Shown here piece by piece: positions 13,377 through 27,700 of a DNA stretch of 64,000 nt. How positions within the stretch are numbered: position 1 is the first letter of the stretch; each line of letters begins with the position of its first letter. Both the position numbers and the translations under genes were made by a program. This DNA comes from Vicugna vicugna. Its lineage: Eukaryota. The stretch covers positions 4,798,501 through 4,862,500 of the forward strand of contig MU059953.1 of the NCBI GenBank assembly GCA_013265495.1, in the 5' to 3' direction. Below the pieces are notes generated by a model. That model made no database searches, was not told where the DNA came from, and worked only from the letters and a program-made list of their open reading frames with translations.

Positions 13377-14960
13377 AGGGCTCACTGGAGGACTGCCCAC
13401 GCCTCCCACGGCAGGCGCCCAGACACATCATCTCCCAGGAAGCCCCGAAGAAGGCCGGCTCTCGGGGGGACGTGACACAGTGTTGGTGGCCCGAGGGCCT
13501 CCCGGGGACAGGCAGTGACAACCCCGACCAGTGACAGTGGTGCCAGATTTCCTGAAGCTGATGTTTGCCTGTGTTCACGAGCAGATTTCAGGTGTGGTGT
13601 CAGTCTGGGGGAGCCCCTCCCCCTTAAAAAATGAGGGCAAATGTCAAAACTACAGTATATCTGATCCAGAGGAAGAAAAAATGACACAATTAAACCAGAG
13701 ATGGGAGGAAACAGTGGTTCAGGTGGAGACCAGGCAGGTCTCCTAAGGAGGGGATGGACGCCGCTTAGCGCAGACCAGTGCCACCGTCTGGTCGCTGACC
13801 GCGTCGGAGCCGCCGCTTCTGGGGGCTGAGAGCCCGGGGGAGGGGCCTCACGTCGGGGAGCCACACTCGAGTCCAGGCCTTCACGTGACAGACCCAGGTG
13901 TCCCCTGAGGCTGGGGACCAGGGTTGGGTTTCGAGATGAGGAAGCAGAGGCTGCGAGGGTCCCGTGACCTCTGCAGGCCCCCACAGAGCATGCAGAAGAG
14001 TCCACGGCCAAACTGCCACGGGCGTGTCCACTGATGGAGTCACAGCCACGCGCACATCACCCACAGACACAGGTGCACACACGCCTGCACGCGCGTGCTT
14101 TGTACTTAGACACAGCAGGACAACAAGAACATGGAGTTCAAGAGGGAGGGAGAGCGGTCCCCAGGAACGGCACGGGGCTCCAGGGCCACATGCAGGGATG
14201 GCGTTTCTACCAGAGACAGGAGGTCTGGCACGCTTCGGCCCTCACGGGGCCTCCAGTGCCCGCGCTCGGGCCGGGGAGCCCTCGGGCCACTTGCCCCTCG
14301 GGGACAGGAGGGAGCTCTGTCTCCAACAGGCAGAAACCTGCGCCCAGAGCCCCTGTCTTTGGCCGCAGGAATCCCTTCAGTCTGGCCCAGATCAAAGTCG
14401 ATCACCATTTGATGACAAAAGCAAACGCCATGTTGTAAAAAATTTCCCTGCAGCTCGACTCTGACGCCAGCGGAACGCAGAGGAAGCGGGATGCCCGGGG
14501 AGATGCCTCCTGAGCTTTATGTCAAAACAGGAGGGTGTTTATTTCTGTTTCTCATTATGTCACAGAAGGTTTGTTGGGAGAAAAGTTAAGAGATTAGGAA
14601 CCTTCAGAATCGAGCGCCCGCTTTTCTCTAACGTGACACCTGGTGACACCTCGCCTCGGCCTCCCTCACTTCTTACCATCAGGACCCGGGGCAAATTCCT
14701 GTTTCTTATTTAAAGCACAAGACGGAGACACTGCAGCCGGAAGGCACACAGACAGCCTGGAAGATGCCACCTCTGGCTGCAAGAACCAGCTCTGAGGAGC
14801 CCCAGCGCCCATTCCTCCCGATGCAGAGACGGGAAGTCAGTCTCCACAGGTGCACGCTGAGGGCGCGCTCGCAGAGGAAGAGCTAGGTCACAGGGGGGCA
14901 GGCCCTGCCTGGGCCTGAGCCTGGTCCTGTGAATGCCTCGGGAGGGGAGCCAGCACCTCA

Positions 14961-15185
<225 letters not shown>

Positions 15186-15613
15186 TCAATGACAGCGTGT
15201 TTGCAGAGCACATGTGGCACTGCGGGGAGCCGCCTGCCCGGGCACAGGGCAGGGACCCGGCCGTGCGTGTGGGCGGGCAGCTCTGGGCTGTGGGTGCCGG
15301 CAGAGGGCAACCAGAAACGTCAGCAAGACAGGCTGTCCTTCCCAACCTCCTTCTGAGAATGAGACCCAGCGGCTGACAGTTTTTCCACGGGTGGCGTTCC
15401 CCACCATCAGGCCTCTTGGTTCAGAGTGGGGGGCTCTGCTGGGGCACTGGGGTGTCGTGGAGGAGCCTGCTGCTCTGGGCTCACCTGCAGTACCCGCTGG
15501 GCAGGTCTGGACCAGCACCGAGGGATGCGACAAGAGGCAAAGCCTGAGATGCAGTTTTAGCTGCATGAAGCAGCCTTCCTGGAGGATGGAGGGCACCCCT
15601 GCTCACCTGCTCA

Positions 15614-16093
<480 letters not shown>

Positions 16094-16928
16094 TCATGTG
16101 GCCTCAGCCTCCAAGGGCCCCTCAACCTCTGCCACCAGCGCCTGCTGCCTGGAGCGTGGCGGTGTCCCGGGCTGTGTTTTGGTTTTTTTCTCACAAACCG
16201 AGAAGGACTTTGCAGCATCAAAGGTAACCCCACCTGATGTACCTGCCTTTCTTTAACTTGAATAGTTTATGAAACATATCACAAACACCGAAACAGATGC
16301 CCTGCCGCATACGGCTGAAAAAGGCGCAGTCAGCACCTCGGACACCACCCCCCAGTACGAGGCTCCGTACACCCACTTTTGCGGTTCGGTTATTCCGAGT
16401 CATTTTTCGGAGTTAGCCCTCTGGGGCAGTGGGGCTGTCAGGAGCGGCCCCTCCAACAGGAAAATGGGGGAGGAGGTCAAGCCGGCACAGACCGGGTCCC
16501 CCTGCAGGGGCAGGACGGGCGTTTGGAGCAAAACTGCCTGGGGGGCAGAGGCATGGGGGCAGCCAGGGAGAGGGTGGCCAGGCCCTCAGACCGTGCAGGT
16601 CAGGCCTCACTACCTGCCCTACCCCGCCTTCCCGCTGGGCTTCGCCGAGGACCACCCCCTCCCTTCGGCTGCTGCCCTCAACCACGACCTGTCTCTCGAC
16701 ATTTCAGAAACCAGTGATTGGCAGGATTGGCTGGGTGGAGCTGTAAGACAGTCTCCTAAAAGGTCTGGGCTTTGATTTTCTGCATCTTCAGGGTAGTTTC
16801 CAGAAAGCTGAGGTCCTGAAATCCAACTGCAGGGGAGGCAGGAGGGCCGGTGCCTCTCCCCCTGCACCGGACTGTCTGCTGGGAATACAGTCATGCCGGC
16901 AGCCCCCTTCCCGGGAGCGGCCCCTCAC

Positions 16929-17016
16929 CCAGTCCACGACGAGGGTCTTGGTCACATTCAGCCTTTGCTGGAGGAGCTTGGCTGCGATGGCCACGGAGTT
17001 GAAGTAGCAGAACCCC
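16929..17016 (-). CDS. HDAC4: HDAC4 exon 20 (88 nt): (M)[29 protein letters not shown]
   Basis: Acceptor cctgcag|G, donor TGG|gtgagg. Contains the GFC-FN motif. Confidence 0.97.
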
Positions 17017-18612
17017 CTGCAGGTACAAATCAGGAGAAATGGGGGAAAAGATACGGGTTTTGATTAGTTTTTATACAACCTGCCATAGAACATCCCAGAA
17101 TCCCATGAGGTCTAAGAAGGTCTGGTGAATGCACGTTTCCTGATCAAGCAGTTAGGAAACCTTATCTGACGCTTATAATCGACAGACAGGCAGACAGACA
17201 CGCAGTCCCCGCAGGCAGGCACCCAGTGCTCCCAAGGTGACAGAGCCCACTTCGCTCTGTCACTCTCAGCAGGCCCCCAGGACACTTACTGACTGGCCTC
17301 CCCCGAGACACGCTGGCCCACAGAACACAGAAGTCACTTATTTTGTTTGCTCACTGCTTAACTGTCCATGTTCTAGGACGTGCAATAATGCTTCTCGAGG
17401 GTCCTCGAGAGAGCGAGGGAACAAGCTGAGAAAGTGCGTCAAGGGACGTGGAACTCCCCTAAGCCCAAACGTCCCTTTGCCTGAATTTCCACTGGGGCCA
17501 GGCACTGGGGTGGTTTCGTCTTCGGGATCCAGGCGAGCCTTCTGGAAGCCCTCGCGCCCAGCACGCACGACCCCTCCGGCCGTGCTGCCTCCACGGCTGT
17601 AAATGCTGTGGCCTCTGAAACCCCCGGGAGATCCCGGGGGACATTCCTCAGCCTCCCACCCCACCCACCCGTGCTCACGACACGGAACATCCAGCAACTC
17701 AGACTCTAGTTAGAAAGGTAACTCCAGAGAAATGCGACCATCAGCACCCGCCCCTCGGTGGCGCAGACCGATGGGGCCGGGGAATCGGCTACTCAGTTTC
17801 CTGGGGAGACTGCCCTTGGGCGTCACGGCTGGTCCCCCACGGCAAGGGGAGCCTCTGAAGCACGGCCCTGCAGCTGGCAGGTGGGATCTGAGGCGGCCGA
17901 GGAAACCCCGGCTTCCTGCTCCCACGGCTCCGCCCCTGCACCACCGGCTTGTCCCAGCGTCCCTGCCCCCTGACAGACCACTGCCTGCCCTTCCCGGCGC
18001 AGCCCCACGTCCCCGCCCTGACTTCCCCCAGCACGTGCTCTCCATCTCCGGTGCTCACGGCACGTTCCCTGGAGTGTTCCCTGTGCCCACTCGGCCACGG
18101 CGGCCGACCAAGCCTGCGTCCTGGCCCCAGTTGGGCCCGCCCCTGCGCTGGGTCTCCTCCGCCAGAACCTGCGCGTCGTGCTGCTGCCTCAGCCAGCACC
18201 TCGTGCACGTGCACGGTCAGGGGCGTCCAGAGAGCTGATCCTGTGGGTCCTGACCTTGGGACTTCAGCCTCAGTCCCAAACCATAAGCAGCGCTACTCGC
18301 TGCGGGACAACTGAGGCTTCCTCTCCGAGGCTTTACAATGAGAAGATTTCTCCACACAAACTCCTGCTGGTGCCTGCCTTCATTCTGTGCACCCCTCCCT
18401 TCACCTCTTCACCAAACCAATCACCCCACCCTGGAGCTGCACGTTCGGCGACTTCCTGCTGGACCGGGGTCTCGGGAACCCTAGCCGTGCACACGTCACA
18501 GAAGGGGCCGACGAAGGGCGGCCCATCACCCTCTTCCCCAGAGCGCGGCCCAGCCCTTTGAGGAAGGGCTCAGACGCCCCGGGCCCCTGTGAGCGACCCT
18601 GTGTCTACTTAC

Positions 18613-18668
18613 ATGGGTGTGTTCTCCTCTGCGTGGTGGCCGGGGGGGCGGACCACAGCAAAGCCGTT
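18613..18668 (-). CDS. HDAC4: HDAC4 exon 19 (56 nt): [18 protein letters not shown](M)
   Basis: Acceptor gtgcag|AAC, donor CAT|gtaagt. Contains the active-site His-His (PPGHHA). Found by manual reading; absent from the ORF track. Confidence 0.97.
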
Positions 18669-20493
18669 CTGCACACGACACCGAAAGGTGGGGAGAGACA
18701 GGGAGGAAAGACTGGTTTCAGATCAGTAAGAAAATGACACAGACTGAACTTGAGCATGTTCGCAGTCTGCGTGAGAACGCGGTTTCCCGCTGCATCCCGG
18801 CACATGGACGCAGAACAGGACACAGGGCGGCTGTGAGCGTTGCCTTCTCCTAGAGGCCTCTTGGTGATCATAAGTTACTAAGATAAACCGTGAGCTCATC
18901 CCTGACTTTCGAGCTTTGACGGCCTGCCGGGAAGGCGGGGAATCTGGGTGGGAGAGGAAGGGGCACCCTGGGTCCCCTGACCATAACCAGCATCCGCAGA
19001 GAGCAACTTGGCAGGAACCGTGGATGCAGATGAAGAGAAAGGGGCTCGGCTGCCGCAGACGCACCCTGGTTTGGCCCTAACGTAATCATCTCTGCTGTGG
19101 CTGCAGCTCAGTTTCCAGGGGACCGGGCAATGCGGAGAACAAGCACTGACATTTAGAAGAAAGCGCTCGGCAGCTGGAGAGGAGCTCACAGCCTCCCCAG
19201 GACCCATAGCCGCCTCTGCTTTGAAAGAACCATCTGCAAACCATCCTGCAGCCGCTCTACTAAGGGTGGTTTGGATCGGCATCCCTGGGTCTCACCGGCA
19301 ACAGGAAGCTGTGTGGTCGAGGTTGGTAACAGAGCCCTGAGGGCCGGCTGACCGCGATGACCGGGCTGCGGGAAGCGGGCTCAGTCTGCTGCAGAGTGCA
19401 GTTCGCGGGGGGGCAGGGTGAGAGGCGCACTCAGAGGGAGCCCCACGTGGCACAGACATCACCCTGTTTCCACACAGGACCCCGTGCCTCGGTTCTGAGA
19501 GCGCAGATGCAGACCCCTGGGGGTCCCATTTTTCAAAGCAGTCCCAAGGCTGGATGTGCCTTTCCCGCCGAGCTGGCAGCTGCACCGACACTGTGAACGC
19601 GATGGTGGGGGCGCTGGGGCTGTGGCCAGCATGAGGCACGAGCCTGCCCATCTGAGGGGAAAAGGTAGCCCCACTGAGAGCGCCCTGATGGAGCAGGGAA
19701 ACTGGCCCACGCCGTTAACCTGCAGCCTTGGACACACATCTTTGTAGCATCCAGGTGGAGAGACGGGTAGGCGGGTAAATGACCAGCGGGGCTGTCAGCT
19801 CAGGGACCTGAGCTTCTGGGTGAGGTGAGAACTCGGGAGACCCGTCCTGGGAGCGGCCCAGCCCTTCCCGGCATGGAGGAGACCCTTCTGGTGACGGGGG
19901 TGGTGACACTCACAGCCTCAAAGATGAGTGACGTTTTGGATACTGTACAATAAACCGCGCCATGATTTGGAAGGCCCACACAGCCGGGGAGCCCCGACGC
20001 CCCGGCGACCAGCACACCACGCTGCAAACGTCAGGCCCGGAGAAGAGACCCGCTCAACGCGCAGCAGAAGGAGGAGCTCGCTGCCACTGTTCTAGGTTCC
20101 ACGTGGCGACTCTTCTTCCCGAAACCATCCTTGTGGAATCCTGGTGTAGCCTCAAGGCTGAATGTCCGCAATTACCCGAGAAGGCTGTTACAACATGGCC
20201 CCGCTCCCAGTCCTGCCAGGGGGCGAGGCGAGAGGTTCCTCACGTCCTTCAGCCGGGCAACCAGAGGCGGGCGTGGACAGCAGAGTCCAGCTGAGCGCCT
20301 CAGCCAGGCATTCTTATGATTTTTAAGTTAGTAACTCTTTGAAAAGTCTGTTTTAATTTCTCATGAATGATCAATGCTGACGACATTACTCATAAAAACA
20401 AAAACTTTGAGGTTGTTCAACAATTTTTAAGATATTAAAGTGTCCCTAGGACCAAATTCATGGAGAATGGCTCCACTAATATGTATGTTTTCA

Positions 20494-20886
<393 letters not shown>

Positions 20887-21010
20887 TCATCACAGAACAT
20901 ACTCAGCTCACATTTGAGCTTACTTTTGTTTGGAAGACACACCCCCAAAAACTAAACAGAAAAACTGTGAACGCGCCAAAAATAGCACGCACGTGTTTTT
21001 ATCCCCTTCT

Positions 21011-21100
21011 TTTTTTTTCTTTTTTTTTTTGGTGGAGGGGAGGTAATTAGGTTTATTTATTTATTTGTTTTTTAGAGGAGGTACCAGGGAACGAGCCCAG
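21011..21100 (-). mobile_element. 5'-truncated tRNA-derived SINE tail, Vic-1-like (camelid), same sense as HDAC4
   Basis: Poly-T followed by ggtggaggggaggtaattaggtttatttatttatttgttttttagaggaggtaccagggaacgagcccagg, matching the recalled camelid Vic-1 3' end with a degenerate B box. 16-bp TSD with 2 transitions: gtttttatccccttct (20995-21010) vs gttttcacccccttct (21101-21116). Confidence 0.8.
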
Positions 21101-24100
21101 GTTTTCACCCCCTTCTGAGGTGTCGTTTCTTCTCTCAGTTGCTCCAGCACACTGGGTGCTGAGTGCTGACGTCAAGGGTAGCGATGTCGAGACTGCCTAG
21201 TCCCCCCCCCCCCGTTTAGCTGCAACTGCAGCGGAGTCACAGCAACAATCACAAAAGCAACTGGAAGAAGAATTAGAATCAGAGGTCTCTCCAGATTGCA
21301 ACTTGGTTTTATGCAGAACGTAAGTGGAAGCCCCAAGTGTGCGCCGGGCGCGTGGGGCGGTGAGGAGACTCAGGCGGGCTCTCTCGGACACGGCCTGGTG
21401 GACCACACACCACCGTCCGCCCAGACAGCTGTTCCCCTTCAAACAGAGAAACACGTGTGGCACAAACAGGTCAGGCGGTTTCTGTCTGCGCGCTGGTTTA
21501 TTTATTTATTCGCATCAGATTGCTTTTTTTAAACTCTGGCTAACATGGGTAAGAAAGAGGACAGACAGACCTCGGTGGCTGGTTCTGGGGACAGCGGGGC
21601 TCCCGGGGGTCCTGGGAGCCGGAGATCAGGGGCCACCAAGAAGCAGGAGCCCCTGGCTCCATGTCAAGGGCGCTCACACTGTCAGGTCCAGGGCAGGGTG
21701 GGGCGCTGGTGCCTCGGCCACACACACTGGGGACTCACACGCCCTTCTTGGGGATGCCCGAGCCTGGGGAAGGCTCTAAGAAGCCGTGCAGCAAGTGACG
21801 GCTCGTTCACCTGGGACAGAGCCTGCCGGGCCCGTGCGAGAGCCCCTTCCCGCGTCGCCCTCTTCTGAGCACTGCACGTGTGGGGCTCCGACACGGAGGC
21901 GGAGCTGCACACGAGGGTCCGCGCCCCCTTTCCCGGCTCAGCCGCGTCCAGGTGCACAGGCCCCTGCCCACCTGCCAGGCACCAATCATCACGTGGGGCG
22001 GGCGGATTTCTTTCCACGAAGTCTTGAAGCTTCATCTTCAAAGCCGATGATCTAAAATACACTCACGAGCGGTTCAAGCCGCTTCCTGCGGAGCGTCTGC
22101 GCCAGGGCTCTTCTTTTCAGTGACCAAACCGCTATTTGCTTTAAATAGTTTCCAAATGTCCAAAGAACACTCTGTGCTTCGCCCACTCTCCACAGCATTA
22201 ATAGTCAACTTCAGAGAGTGGCTTCTGTTCTAAGTAACAGCGCGCTGCTACTCGCTGACGTGGCCGGCCCGTGGGAACACGCTGGGCCAGTTACTGCAGC
22301 CGAAGAACCAGTTCAGAAAAGTCCAAGCGAGAGCTGGCGGTGCGGGCGGTGCGGGCGGGCGGGGGGTCCCGTAGCGCCTGGGCCGGCGGGGAGGCCGCAC
22401 CCCTGGGGACCGAAGGGCGTTGGGCAAAACTACTCAGATGATTTCTCCTCAAAATGCAGTAATTTGGGTTTGAGGCTAAGTAACCAGAGCCCAGAGGGGA
22501 GCTGCTCTGACCCTTCACGTGCTTTGAAGGGTCTCTGTGCTCAGTGCTCCTCCTGCAGGACCCCCAGGGCCAGGAGTTCCTGTGACATCCCACCCAGAGT
22601 GAGGGACAGACCCCCAGCCCTGCCACGAGACTGCGGGCTGTCACTGTCTCCAGACACCCGACAAGACTTTCCACTGCTTTGGGGCCTAAGTCCTCCGGCT
22701 GCTGGCCACCAGCTCCCCACGGACCAACCTGGGATGGTCGGGTTGGAGCCCTGAGTCCCCGAAGTATGAGGCTCCAACTCCAAGGAGAGTTGGGGCGACC
22801 CGCAATGCGGGAGCTGGGACCACAGGAAGGAGCAAGTGTCCCGCAGCTCCGCACAGCGGAGGCCGGGGGCAGGCGAGGACGGACGGTGAGGGGAGGCCCC
22901 TCACGGAGGCTCACGGGGCGCACGGGGGTGGCCACACTGTGGGCATGCCGTGGGCCTTGGAAGCCACGGGGCCTGTGAGGGGCCGCCCCCGGGGCAGGGA
23001 CCCGGCCAGGGGAGGGCTGGGAGGGCAATTCACCGACATCAAATCCTCAGTAAGGGGAAACTGGCATCAACGAGGAGCTGAGCAAAGTAGAAGCTTCTCT
23101 TACTGGGCTTGGGGAAGAAAGGAGAATGCCTGGAACGCCGTCACACACCCCAACGTCCGTTCAGGTGGCTCTCGGGAAGGGAGAAGCAGCTGTCCCTCCC
23201 GTCTCACCACTCGACCTGCGCCTTCCCGCCCACGCTCGGGCGCTGCGGCACCCCCGCTGCCCGACACCCCAGGGCTGGCCTCTGGCTCCGGAAGGAGGCG
23301 CCGAGGCCCAGGAGGGCTGCACTGCTCCAGCGGCTCAGTCCCCGCTGAGCCCGGGCGGCCGAGCTGGCACTGGGGTTGAGTCTCCGCCCCCGATTAGGAG
23401 TAATCACAGAGAACACTGGCAGGTGGACAGTCCTTTCAGACAGCCTCCGGTTCACGCTTTCCGCTGATTACTCCGACGGGCTGGCCTCTCGGCCCACCTG
23501 GGCTCGGGGAACTCTGCGCACCTCCGTGCTCCAGGGCATTTTTGTGCCGAGATGTGAAGGTGGCCGCTGGTCAGCCTACTGGGCTGGACCTGGACTTCGT
23601 GCCGGGGAGGGGCGGCGGGCCCAAGGCCCCAGGCCCGAGTTCTCATTTAGTTTTCATCTGCGAATTGTAAATCCTGCCCTGCACGGCAGGCTGCTGCAGG
23701 GCAGCGCGAATCCAAGCCTTTTCAAGTCTGGCCAAAAATTTGCCCCGAATTAAGAGATTGCAGCCTATTTACAACACAATATAGAGTAACTCGAGAAGGC
23801 TTGGTGGTGGTTTGAGTGAACGCCGTTTATTCTCTTTCTGACAGGGTAATTTTCAAAGCAGCGATTTTTCTAAGGACTCAGGAAGAAAACAATTTCGTTT
23901 CATTTTTGTAACAGAATCCAGACCCGGAGCCTCACCCTGCGATCTATAATTACGCGCACACCGGCCGCTGCGCGGTTCCGGCCGGGGTGGCTTTGTTGTC
24001 CCCGCGGTCCTCTGGCCTCCCTGTGACGGGAGCAGCACTTCCCAGGCTGGGAAGCTCCATGGCCAGAGACTGGCTGGGAGGGGACTGGTCTCGCCTCCAC

Positions 24101-24751
24101 CCCTACCTCATCGGGGGACGGCAGGTGGGGGTGGCCCCTTCTCGATAAAGGAGAAGCCGGAGGTGGGGAACCTCCGCTGCAGAGATGGGGGAGGCCCGAC
24201 TGGTTCAGCACCCCCATCACGGGCAGGGAAGCCCGAGGTAAGTAAAGACGCTGGTTCTCCTAAGTGTCCACCTGCCCAGGTCTGCTTGAGAGCTCCGGCT
24301 CTGAAGCAGCTCTGCCCACCCCACGTGGCCCAGGAACACCGTGCCCCGCGGTCAGAGCTGCACCTGGGGCTTCGGGTTGGAGGTCAGATCTGAGATCAAC
24401 ACACACCCTGCTTGGTGATGGATTCACGACCTGTGTCGAGATGAGTGGACTACGGCTCTGCGGGTCGGACGGGGACGGCCCGCACACCAGATCCCGTTTC
24501 CCAAAGCGAGCCGTGGTGCCAGACGACCTTCCCGGAGGAAGGTGCCCCAGACCCGCCAGCAAAACGCTTACAGGCTCACAGGGCCTTTGAAGCCACATGT
24601 GTGAGCGGTGGGGCAGCCCCACCCCCAGACCCTGTTTATGGAAAACACCTGGCAGTAATGACCTGCTCTGCAGAAAGCAGGGCTGCGATTCTGTGACCAC
24701 TGGGACCCTGGAACCACCAGGATGTGATTTACACATTAAAGAAAAACTTAC

Positions 24752-24798
24752 CCCGACACCACCACAGGGCAGCCTGACAAACACCGATGTTAGGGAGC
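24752..24798 (-). CDS. HDAC4: HDAC4 exon 17 (47 nt): (G)SLTSVFVRLPCGGVG
   Basis: Acceptor ccccgcag|GC, donor GGG|gtaagt. Contains the structural-zinc Cys (LPCGG). Confidence 0.96.
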
Positions 24799-27700
24799 CT
24801 GCGGGGAGAAAGAGAGCCAAGGTCGGGCGGGCAGGGTCACTGGGCGCGCGGCCTGCAGGGAGCATGGTGCTGGTGGGGCCCACAGGCACTCTGGGGCTCG
24901 TGCAAGACACCCCGGGTGCCCGAGCGCCGAGGGGCAAAGGGCTCGGAGGCACCACTGCCTCACTGTGGGCTGCTGCCAGCGCAGCATCTGTGGGTCCAGC
25001 CCTCGCATAGGACCGTGATTCTCCATGGCAATGGCCCACTCCTTAAGGGGCAGGGAGACCCCACGGGGGGCTCCTGCCTCCAGCCCACGCTCCTGCACCT
25101 CGCGTGGACCAACCTGAAAGGCAGCGTTCAGCGCCCCCCTGCCCCCGACACTGGCCCCAGCCGCCCTCCCCAGCTGTGAACAAGGGAGGGGCCTGGGGTT
25201 AAACATCGGAGCGAGCCCTTCACGTATGGAGGGGTCTTTCTGGAATGTGACTAACGGCAGCAGCCCCTCCCCACCTACAGGTGTTCCAAGTTCACTCGGT
25301 GGGGCACAGCTGAGACCACATGGCCCTGCAGCTGGCCACGCAGGAAGGCCTGCTGGGGCCCACGCTGCAGAAGCCAGCCCCCGACCAAGAGGCACAGGCC
25401 TGTCCCCCCCACCAGGACAGGGACTGTCTTCTTCCTCAGTGTGATCCCAGTGCTGGCTGAGGACTGGCCTAAAACCCACCTGTCCTGAGGGACCAGAGGG
25501 CCTTCCCCACAGCAGAGTGCGCAGCCCAGGCTCTAACTGGCTGCCGCCCCCAGCCCAGAGAGCCTCCCCGTTCAGCCAAGCTGCTCCCCGCCCGCCCTTA
25601 CGCCTCCCTCCCACTGCGGCCCCTGGCCCTTTCATGGCAGATTCCACAGCCCAGCTCTGCACCCCACTTCCCCGGAGGGGCACAGCCACGCCCAGCGCAG
25701 GAAGGCTCACTGCTCCTACTGCCCTCTGCCGGGCCCGGGGCACCAGCTCCGCTGGGGACACTCGCGAGCTGCGCTCCTGGGGCCCCAGGAAGGAAGCAGG
25801 ACGCGGTCACAGACCTGGTGCGCTCACGGGTCCAGCGTCCCCGGGGAGGTCTGTGCCCACCTTGTCCCGGCTCCAGGCCTGGACCACACTCTAGACCAGG
25901 CCCGGCCCTGCGCCTTCCGGTTGCTCTCAGAGGTGAGCTCTGCCCCCCACACGCAGTGCGGGGCAGCGACGCACAGCTGGCTGCCCCTCCCTGCCACCCC
26001 CAAGGTGCCTGGACAGTGTGTTCCACCTGGGCCTGCTTCTCCCTGCGCACCCCAGCCCGGCTCTGCTCCGGGTCACGTGTCGTCCCCTGCCCTGCCTGGA
26101 TCTGTGGCTCTGACTCCGGTTCCTGCGCATTTTCAACATCAGTTAAGCTGCTGCTCGACAGAGCCACGTGGCCTCCAGCCCCTAACCCTGTGAGGCCAGG
26201 GCACGTCTGCTGGGCTCTTCCGTGTGCCCTGACTGCTGGCCCACAGCTGGGAGTAAGCAGGTCTGCAGGCGGGCGGGGGACCAGGCAGGCAGGGAAGTGA
26301 CGACCAAGGAGAGCGGCTGCTGGGAGGGGCTGCTTGGCCTGCACTGGTCCTGCGGGGGTGGGGTGCCCCTCAGGGAGCCGACCGGAGGGCAGGATGGCCT
26401 AGGGGGCAGGACGGGGGCAGGAGAGGGGGTGCAGGTGCCAGGCCTCCTGCTGTCTTGTGACACATTCTCCTCACGGCCTGTTTAGCGACTGAGTCACGGA
26501 GAGCAGCACACGTCTCTCCTCCACGGCGCCGTCCCTGAAACCTGGGCGTGGCTCGAGGTGACCACAGGGCTCGGAAAGGCTTCATGACAGTTCCTGTCAC
26601 ATCAGCAACTGTTCCAACACGTGGGAACGTGATGCTGGGGACGTGGGGGCTTTCTCTCCAAGAATTCAAGCGTTCGTACAATGAACTCACGTGGATCGGT
26701 GTGTGTGTGTGCAAATACGAGCGAGAGGGCTCTGCTAAGACACTGGACTTCGGTTTTGGAAATTACAGACGGTAGTGTTTGCGTTAACGCCATAGATCAT
26801 CTGCCTATTTTGAATTTGCTCATCATCCAGCAAGCAAAGGCCAAAATAATAAAAAAAAAAAGGTAGGGTAATGCACATTCAGACCCCGACCTGGCCAGAG
26901 CCCGGGGTGGCCCGGCGGCGTGCTGTCTGCGCGCCCGGCCTCCACCCGCCCCATTGAGCGCCTCCTGTGCTGGCCTCCGCGTTCCAGGGCCACCACTGCC
27001 TCGGCCGGGTCACAGAACGCTCAAGCCAAGAGAGGGGCCCTGACGCATTAAGGACCAGCCTCGCGTCCCCAGTCCCCACGGGCTGGGGGGTGCTGGCTTT
27101 CCTCTGGAGCAGCTATTGCTCCTCGGGCTGTTCTAGGAGCAAAGGGGTCCCGCGACCCTCCCGCTGAGCCCTGGCCCCGCCCTCCTAGGCCGCCAGGCCA
27201 GGCTCCTCTCCCAGGTCCCTGCCATCAGAAGACGAACCCTGACTTCCAGGAACATCCAAGGTGGGGACAGACCAGCCCCTCCGGTGTCTGCAGCCCACCT
27301 CAGCCCGGCTACGCGGCAACACCCACCACACCACCTACCCAGGCGTTTTTGCACCTGATTTAGAAACGCGTGGATTCAATTAAAAGAGGAAGGGAGATCC
27401 CACGGTACACGTTCGAACACCCAATTAGGGCAATGTGGCCAACGTCTGAGACAGTCACCACCCATCACTGCATCTGGAATGCAGCCACTGATGATCATGA
27501 CCTCTCCCGGTTAGTACCACCACCGGAAGTTTAAAACCCAGTCTCAAGTGGAAGAAGGGATCTGAATAAGTGTCCTCGTAGCCACAAGAACTGATTTTAA
27601 AGCACAAAGCTTGGAAAAAAAAAAAAGGAAACAGAATGGACATGAATCAGACACACGCTCACAGTACACGTTCTGCAGCAACACACTCGGCTGCAAACTA

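Noticed and set aside
16250-16420. Possible antisense L1MC/L1ME 3' fragment
   Set aside because: Only the first ~50 bp resemble the recalled consensus, too weak to call without a profile search.
23845-24237. Plus-strand (antisense) exon-like unit: tctctttctgacag acceptor and GAG|GTAAGT donor
   Set aside because: No clear branch point, an atypical 393-nt size and no partner exons. GTAAGT occurs several times by chance in 64 kb.
27489-27565. C/D snoRNA-like spacing (TGATGA ... CTGA)
   Set aside because: It is antisense to the host gene, the C box lacks the leading purine, and there is no terminal stem.
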